A DNA stretch of 64,000 nt from Minisyncoccota bacterium (GTDB lineage Bacteria; Patescibacteriota; Minisyncoccia; Phycocordibacterales; PALSA-1337). The position numbers and the translations under genes were made by a program. The stretch is taken from NCBI GenBank assembly GCA_041665385.1, contig JBAYIX010000002.1:50932-114931 (forward strand), in the 5' to 3' direction. Under the pieces are notes generated by a model. The model searched no databases. It had not been told where the DNA came from and saw only the letters and a list, made by a program, of their open reading frames with translations. This document shows positions 58,752-64,000 of this stretch, one piece after another. The stretch's first letter is position 1. Each line of letters starts with the position of its first letter.

Positions 58752-59793
58752 CGTCAGATTCGAGGAGGACGCTCCTGTATTTTTCTAAGTCCTCGAGAAT
58801 GATACCTGCCCCTCGAGCTATGGCCGTGAGAGGATCGTCGGCAACGGTTACAGGGATCTTGAGAGTAGCCATGAGGAGAGAGTCCAGACCCTTTATGAGT
58901 GCTCCGCCACCGACCATATATATGCCACGTTTCATGATGTCGGCCAATATTTCCGGCGGAGTGGTCTCTAGCACCTGACGCGTCGCATCGACTATGACTT
59001 CTACAGACTGGGCCATAGCTTCGCGAATATCCGAGTCGGTGATGACTACTTCGCGAGGCAAACCAGTGATGAGATCTCGACCGCGAATAGTCGTCTCCAC
59101 AGGATCACCGGGTAGGACCACACCCACACTGATCTTGACTTGTTCTGCGGTAGCTTCACCGATGAGAATTTTGAATTCGTTACGAATATAGGAAATGATA
59201 TCATTGTTAAATTTGTCGCCAGCTATTTTCAGATTTGCAGAACGGACTATACCACCGAGAGAGATCACGGCTATGTCGGTCGTACCGCCACCAATATCGA
59301 TAACCATACTGCCAACCGGCTCATGAATGGGTAGACGAATACCTATAGCTCCGGCCATGGGCTGTTCTACGACATATACTTCGCGTGCGCCTGCATTCTT
59401 TGTGGCATCGCGGACAGCGCGAACTTCTACATTTGTAACGCCGGAAGGTACACCCACGACTACACGCGGACCCATAAGTTTCTTGGGTAGATATTCCCCA
59501 GCACGCTTCATGAGGTACGAGAGCATCTCTTCTGTAACCTCGAAGTCAGAGATAACACCATCTACGAGAGGTCTCACCGCTACGATATGGGTCGGAGTGC
59601 GACCGAGCATTTCCTTGGCTGTCGTGCCTATGGCGACTACCTGGCCGGTCTTTTGGTTCACAGCCACAACGGAGGGTTCATTCACAACTATGCCTTTGCC
59701 GCGTACATAGACGAGAGTATTGGCCGTGCCAAGGTCAATGCCAATGTCATTGGATAGTCGGGAAAACAACTTATCTTTTCTTTCCTTGAACAT
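58738..59793 (-). CDS. mreB: Rod shape-determining protein MreB
   Basis: IGIDLGTANT, DIGGGTTD, GGGAL. Confidence 0.97.
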   Translation of the reverse strand: MFKERKDKLFSRLSNDIGIDLGTANTLVYVRGKGIVVNEPSVVAVNQKTGQVVAIGTTAKEMLGRTPTHIVAVRPLVDGVISDFEVTEEMLSYLMKRAGEYLPKKLMGPRVVVGVPSGVTNVEVRAVRDATKNAGAREVYVVEQPMAGAIGIRLPIHEPVGSMVIDIGGGTTDIAVISLGGIVRSANLKIAGDKFNNDIISYIRNEFKILIGEATAEQVKISVGVVLPGDPVETTIRGRDLITGLPREVVITDSDIREAMAQSVEVIVDATRQVLETTPPEILADIMKRGIYMVGGGALIKGLDSLLMATLKIPVTVADDPLTAIARGAGIILEDLEKYRSVLLESDDVHQ

Positions 59794-59858
59794 AGCTCAT
59801 ACATTAACACAAAGATAATGTTGGGGTAATTGACAAAGAGAAAATATAATTACCAAGC

Positions 59859-61649
59859 TTACACAATATCCTTGAGCTTATCCTTGTACTTCACATACAT
59901 GAACGAAGCCGCGAGAGCAATGATACCAAAGACGATGAACGATACGATGCGATACAACTGTCCCAAATTCCAGACATCTATGACCACCTTGCAGGCAGTG
60001 AGGATAAAGAGAAAGAGTCCCATGCGGCGCACGGCGGCATAGTTCCTGGCAAAACCGATGATAGTGAGGAGAGCCGCATATAGAGCCCAGACTATAGAAA
60101 CGGCAGTGTTCGAAGTATTCTTTATCGCACTATATGCCGCATCGCCATAACCATGCCCGCGAAGCTCTATACCATAATACGCGGTGACCTGTGTGGTGAG
60201 AGCATAGACTGTGAGGATATTTGCAATAATAACAAAAGCCGATATTCCCTTCTTTTGTATATCAGGAGTTATACTGCCGTAGCGATAGTAGACGAAAGCA
60301 TTTGCATAAGCGACCAATATCGATACAGCGAGGAGAACAAAAGGAGCATTGAATATGACTACAAAGTCCGCCGGCATGCCGAAGGTAAAGATATAGTAGA
60401 ACATGCGTATAAGGGCGAGGACATAGACTGTAGCTCCCATGACTTGGAATCCCCTACTCGAAGACTTCGATGCAACGATATACAGGATCACAGACTCGAT
60501 GAACCACCACAGCGCTATCCAAGGACCTGAGAAATGTACTGCTACAGCCGCAGTGAGAAAGGCTACAGACAAGCCAGGAAGGAAAATGTTTATCGTGCGA
60601 TCCGCAGGATTTTCTTTGAAAGCAACGAGAGCAATAACTCCATAAAATATTGCTACCAGGACTGCGCCAATAGCGACGAAGTCCTCATATTTTGGCGTGA
60701 GTAGGAGATATGTGACAATAGCGAACGATAGCGCGGTAACAGAGAGGATAGCAAAGTCAGATTCCTTGGCATTCCTCTTTTCGATGATTATGCGGACCAG
60801 AGAGGAAGCATTGAAGATGAGGAACTGCAAGAGGATGAAGAATAATGTAGGTACCAGAAGGTCTTCTTGATAAGAAGTCGCTAGCCACGAACCGAAGTGT
60901 ATCCATGTACCAGCGAGACCGATGACTGCGAGCACGTCCCATTTCTTGTATACGAGTATGCCTAGCATACCACCGTTCAGGATAGTGAGGTATGTAAAGG
61001 TGACCGTAGGACCGAGCAGACTCACACCTATGACCATAGGGGCGAAGTAGCCACCGATAAGGGCGATGACCGAGAGGGACTGTGTAGCATTTGCAAGACT
61101 AATGAGTACACCCACTACCGTGATGACGATGAGGCCGAGGAATGCTGTCATAGGATCTACTAGATGGTATAGCGAAAATGCAGAATAGACCGAGAGGTAC
61201 AATACTGCCAAGCCACCACCCATGAGTAGGTCAGAGTAGCCGAGATATTTCTTCCGGAGCCATTGACCGAGAGCGAGGAGGATCATACCCGCTAGGATAC
61301 CTATCATGACCCTACCTGCAGGGCCGACCCAGTTATTATCAAATGCATACTTTAGGAAAAATCCAATACCTATCACAAGTGCACCTATACCTATCCTGCC
61401 CAAAATTCTTCCGGACATTTCTTCTCCAGAGACTGCGGAGGATTGTGGTGTAGGAGCTACAGGCAAGATGGAACCAAGAGGTGTGGGTGGCGTGTGGGGC
61501 ATATTCGCAACAGGCATCGATGGCAATACTTCCGGTGATACAGGCTTCTGTGCAGGAGCACTACCCTGTATAAGTCTTTCCAACCTGCTTATCCTACTAC
61601 CCTGATAAAGGAACAAAACCACAACCACTACGAGTATTATGAACGTCAT
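59859..61649 (-). CDS. DUF2339-like multi-pass membrane protein
   Basis: RIG..ALVIGIGFFLKYAF..NW..P.GR; C-terminal KV..D...L..LYRIVSF..G. Confidence 0.8.
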   Translation of the reverse strand: MTFIILVVVVVLFLYQGSRISRLERLIQGSAPAQKPVSPEVLPSMPVANMPHTPPTPLGSILPVAPTPQSSAVSGEEMSGRILGRIGIGALVIGIGFFLKYAFDNNWVGPAGRVMIGILAGMILLALGQWLRKKYLGYSDLLMGGGLAVLYLSVYSAFSLYHLVDPMTAFLGLIVITVVGVLISLANATQSLSVIALIGGYFAPMVIGVSLLGPTVTFTYLTILNGGMLGILVYKKWDVLAVIGLAGTWIHFGSWLATSYQEDLLVPTLFFILLQFLIFNASSLVRIIIEKRNAKESDFAILSVTALSFAIVTYLLLTPKYEDFVAIGAVLVAIFYGVIALVAFKENPADRTINIFLPGLSVAFLTAAVAVHFSGPWIALWWFIESVILYIVASKSSSRGFQVMGATVYVLALIRMFYYIFTFGMPADFVVIFNAPFVLLAVSILVAYANAFVYYRYGSITPDIQKKGISAFVIIANILTVYALTTQVTAYYGIELRGHGYGDAAYSAIKNTSNTAVSIVWALYAALLTIIGFARNYAAVRRMGLFLFILTACKVVIDVWNLGQLYRIVSFIVFGIIALAASFMYVKYKDKLKDIV

Positions 61650-61689
61650 AAAATTGGGTTATATATTATGACGCAATTATAGCGCTAAC

Positions 61690-62925
61690 TCAGAGATCTT
61701 TCATCCCCACCATATCCACTTTGCCTGTGGCGCGATCCTTGGTCTCTACACTATCCTTTGCAAGAGTTTTTTCACTTACTATTATGCGCTTGGGTATGCC
61801 TATGAGGTCGGAGTCGGAAAACTTCTCGCCAGCACCACAGTCGCGGTCGTCGTATAGGACTTCGGTTCCCTGCTTGGTCATTTTCTCATAAAGTTCGTCT
61901 GCCACCTTCTTTACCGTTCCACTTTCATTCATGAGGGCGATGAGGTGCACAGCGAAAGGCGCCACAGACTCGGGCCAGATGATGCCCTTGTCGTCACTGT
62001 GTATCTCCACTATCGTACCCATAGCGCGACCAGGACCTATGCCATAGCTTCCCATGACTACCGGTAGTGTCTTCCCCTCTTCATCCTTGTATGTGAGACC
62101 GAGCGGCTCGGAAAAGCGCGTACCCAAGGTAAAGATATTGCCTACTTCTATGGCTTTCTTCTCTACGAGGTCGGACCTCGCTATACCGAGCTCCGTGAGC
62201 ACTTCGTCTGTGAGTACTTCTTTGTTCACTGCTATCTTCTTTGCTTCGTGGACATATACTATATCTTCGCCGGCTTCACAGACAGTCTGAAATTCATGAG
62301 AATACTTGGAAAAAGATCCGCCACTTGCAAAAGTTACGTAAGTTTCCGAACCTATTCCTAGTCGGTCGAATATGCGTATATAAGCCTGCTTTGCACGTTC
62401 ATAAAATGTCGCCTGTTCCTCTGCAGAGCGTGAAAAAGAATACAAGTCCTTCATGAGGAATTCCCTGCCACGGAGTATGCCGGACTTAGCACGCTGTTCG
62501 TTGCGGAACTTTGTCTGGAACTGGTACACAGCTGTTGGAAGATCGCGGAAAGACCGTATGTGGTCCTTCATGAGCATAGTGAGTGCCTCTTCATGGGTAA
62601 ATGCCAGGCCGAGCTCGGCACCATTTTTGAGAGTAGTCTTGAACCAGTTGTCGACTACAGCATCGCTCCAGCGGTCGGTCTTCTCCCAAGTCTCCTTGTT
62701 CTGGAGAGCGGTGAGATGGAGTTCCTGACCACCTAGGGAATTCATCTCTTCTCGGATGATGCCTACGATCTTGTTTAGCACGCGGAGACCCAGAGGTAGG
62801 TAGGAGTAAGCTCCGGCCATCTCTTTGTGGATAAAACCAGCACGGATGAGGAGCTGTGCATTCTTTGCTACCTCATCCTTCGGTGCCTCACGACGCGTCT
62901 TGGTAAAAAGTTGGGATTGTTTCAT
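61690..62925 (-). CDS. proS: Proline--tRNA ligase
   Basis: LLIRAGFI, THEE, KFRNE.R..SG.LRGREF, MGSYGIG. Confidence 0.96.
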   Translation of the reverse strand: MKQSQLFTKTRREAPKDEVAKNAQLLIRAGFIHKEMAGAYSYLPLGLRVLNKIVGIIREEMNSLGGQELHLTALQNKETWEKTDRWSDAVVDNWFKTTLKNGAELGLAFTHEEALTMLMKDHIRSFRDLPTAVYQFQTKFRNEQRAKSGILRGREFLMKDLYSFSRSAEEQATFYERAKQAYIRIFDRLGIGSETYVTFASGGSFSKYSHEFQTVCEAGEDIVYVHEAKKIAVNKEVLTDEVLTELGIARSDLVEKKAIEVGNIFTLGTRFSEPLGLTYKDEEGKTLPVVMGSYGIGPGRAMGTIVEIHSDDKGIIWPESVAPFAVHLIALMNESGTVKKVADELYEKMTKQGTEVLYDDRDCGAGEKFSDSDLIGIPKRIIVSEKTLAKDSVETKDRATGKVDMVGMKDL

Positions 62926-63053
62926 TGCACAATGATACAACAAAGTAGGAATCTTGCCTATTTGACTAATGAGTGCAGAATGTATCTGAGGTTAGTCATT
63001 TGACGTTGTGGCACATAAAGTAACCTGGACTCGAATAACCTCAAAAACTTTCC

Positions 63054-64000
63054 TTACATGATAAACTCCTCAAAAGAATCCTTGTTTATAACCGTCACAT
63101 CCGCTGTATAAGTATCCACAAAAGATTTTGGGATTCTAAATGTCGAGTCCGACCATTTGAATTCATAGCCATGAATTTTGTCTTCGGATTCTTCAACATA
63201 GTCAACCTCCGCACCGCCAAGGCTCCTCCAGAAATAATAATTGGCGTAACGAAGAGAATAATGCATCTTTTTTCTACGCTCAATGATACAGAAGTTTTCC
63301 CACAAAGCCCCCACATCATCACGGATCGTAAGTGGTGTTAGGCGCTGGATAAGACTATTTCTGATACCGAGATCATAAAAATATATCTTTTGTTTTTTTC
63401 CTATTTCATTTCTTGGATTGCGCGACAATGCGGTCAACCTGAAAATAACAAAGGCTTTTTCCAATAAGTCGATGTATCTCGTAACGATTTTTGTTGACAC
63501 CTCGAGTTTGGTAGCTATCTCATTTATCGACACCTCGCGTCCCACCTGAAAAGCCAACAGCTGAAGAAGCTTTAGTAGTAGATCGGGCTTGCGGATATCT
63601 TCAAAATCAAAAAGGTCTTTGTATAGATATTGATTTGAAATAGTCTGAAGAAGTGTTGTCACTTCACTGTCCGATTTTCCAATCAAAGCCGGGTAGGCTC
63701 CATAGCGAAGCAGATGAGGTAGTGACGCTTTTGCTTCCCTGTTTCCTATAGTCAAATACAGTTCCTGATACGAGATGGGATACAATATAAATTCTATAGC
63801 TCTTCCTGTAAGAGGCTCATTGATTTTATTGGACAGATCGAAACTGGACGAGCCGGTGGCAATGATCTGTATATCGGGATATGTGTCAATGAGTAACTTC
63901 AACGTTGTGCCGATATCCTTCACTTTCTGAGCTTCGTCTAAGATAAAGAACTTGCCTTCACCAAGAAATTTTTTTAATCTCTCGGGATTTTGGTCTTCAA
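63054..64000 (-). CDS. AAA_14 ATPase with DUF4143 domain (5'-truncated by window edge)
   Basis: LDEAQ, ATGSSSF, LTGR, K.YFYDLGIRN, EVD, EFKW. Confidence 0.88.
   Translation of the reverse strand, partial: EDQNPERLKKFLGEGKFFILDEAQKVKDIGTTLKLLIDTYPDIQIIATGSSSFDLSNKINEPLTGRAIEFILYPISYQELYLTIGNREAKASLPHLLRYGAYPALIGKSDSEVTTLLQTISNQYLYKDLFDFEDIRKPDLLLKLLQLLAFQVGREVSINEIATKLEVSTKIVTRYIDLLEKAFVIFRLTALSRNPRNEIGKKQKIYFYDLGIRNSLIQRLTPLTIRDDVGALWENFCIIERRKKMHYSLRYANYYFWRSLGGAEVDYVEESEDKIHGYEFKWSDSTFRIPKSFVDTYTADVTVINKDSFEEFIM

Noticed and set aside
188-63322. Numerous antisense or overlapping short ORFs in the track
   Set aside because: Shadow frames of well-supported genes, with no motifs.

Overview
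This 64 kb window looks like a Patescibacteria/CPR (Parcubacteria-like) chromosome. That assignment is inferred from gene style: short archaeal-type AspRS and ProRS, GxAW-repeat surface proteins and many apparently leaderless genes. The roughly 50% GC backbone carries dnaX, dus, serS, dprA, iscS, valS, mraZ-rsmH-ftsL-ftsI-murF, lexA-dinB, mreBCD-mrdA, proS, tRNA-Gln and tRNA-Glu. Accessory blocks interrupt it: (i) a tandem array of small paralogous membrane proteins, each with its own promoter; (ii) an AT-rich cassette (CoaC-like, CoaB-like, transglutaminase-like) that also contains the sensor halves of two divergent histidine kinases; (iii) four tiny acidic Cys/Pro/Gly peptide ORFs between an M16 peptidase and a DUF6624 gene; (iv) a nucleoside-enzyme operon bracketed by two different AspRS genes; (v) an ATP-grasp ligase with an unannotated 50-aa precursor and a second DUF6624 gene. 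Ten long intergenic palindromic elements fall into three families with conserved cores and covarying arms. All calls come from reading motifs by eye; no searches or computations were run, and GC statements are visual estimates.
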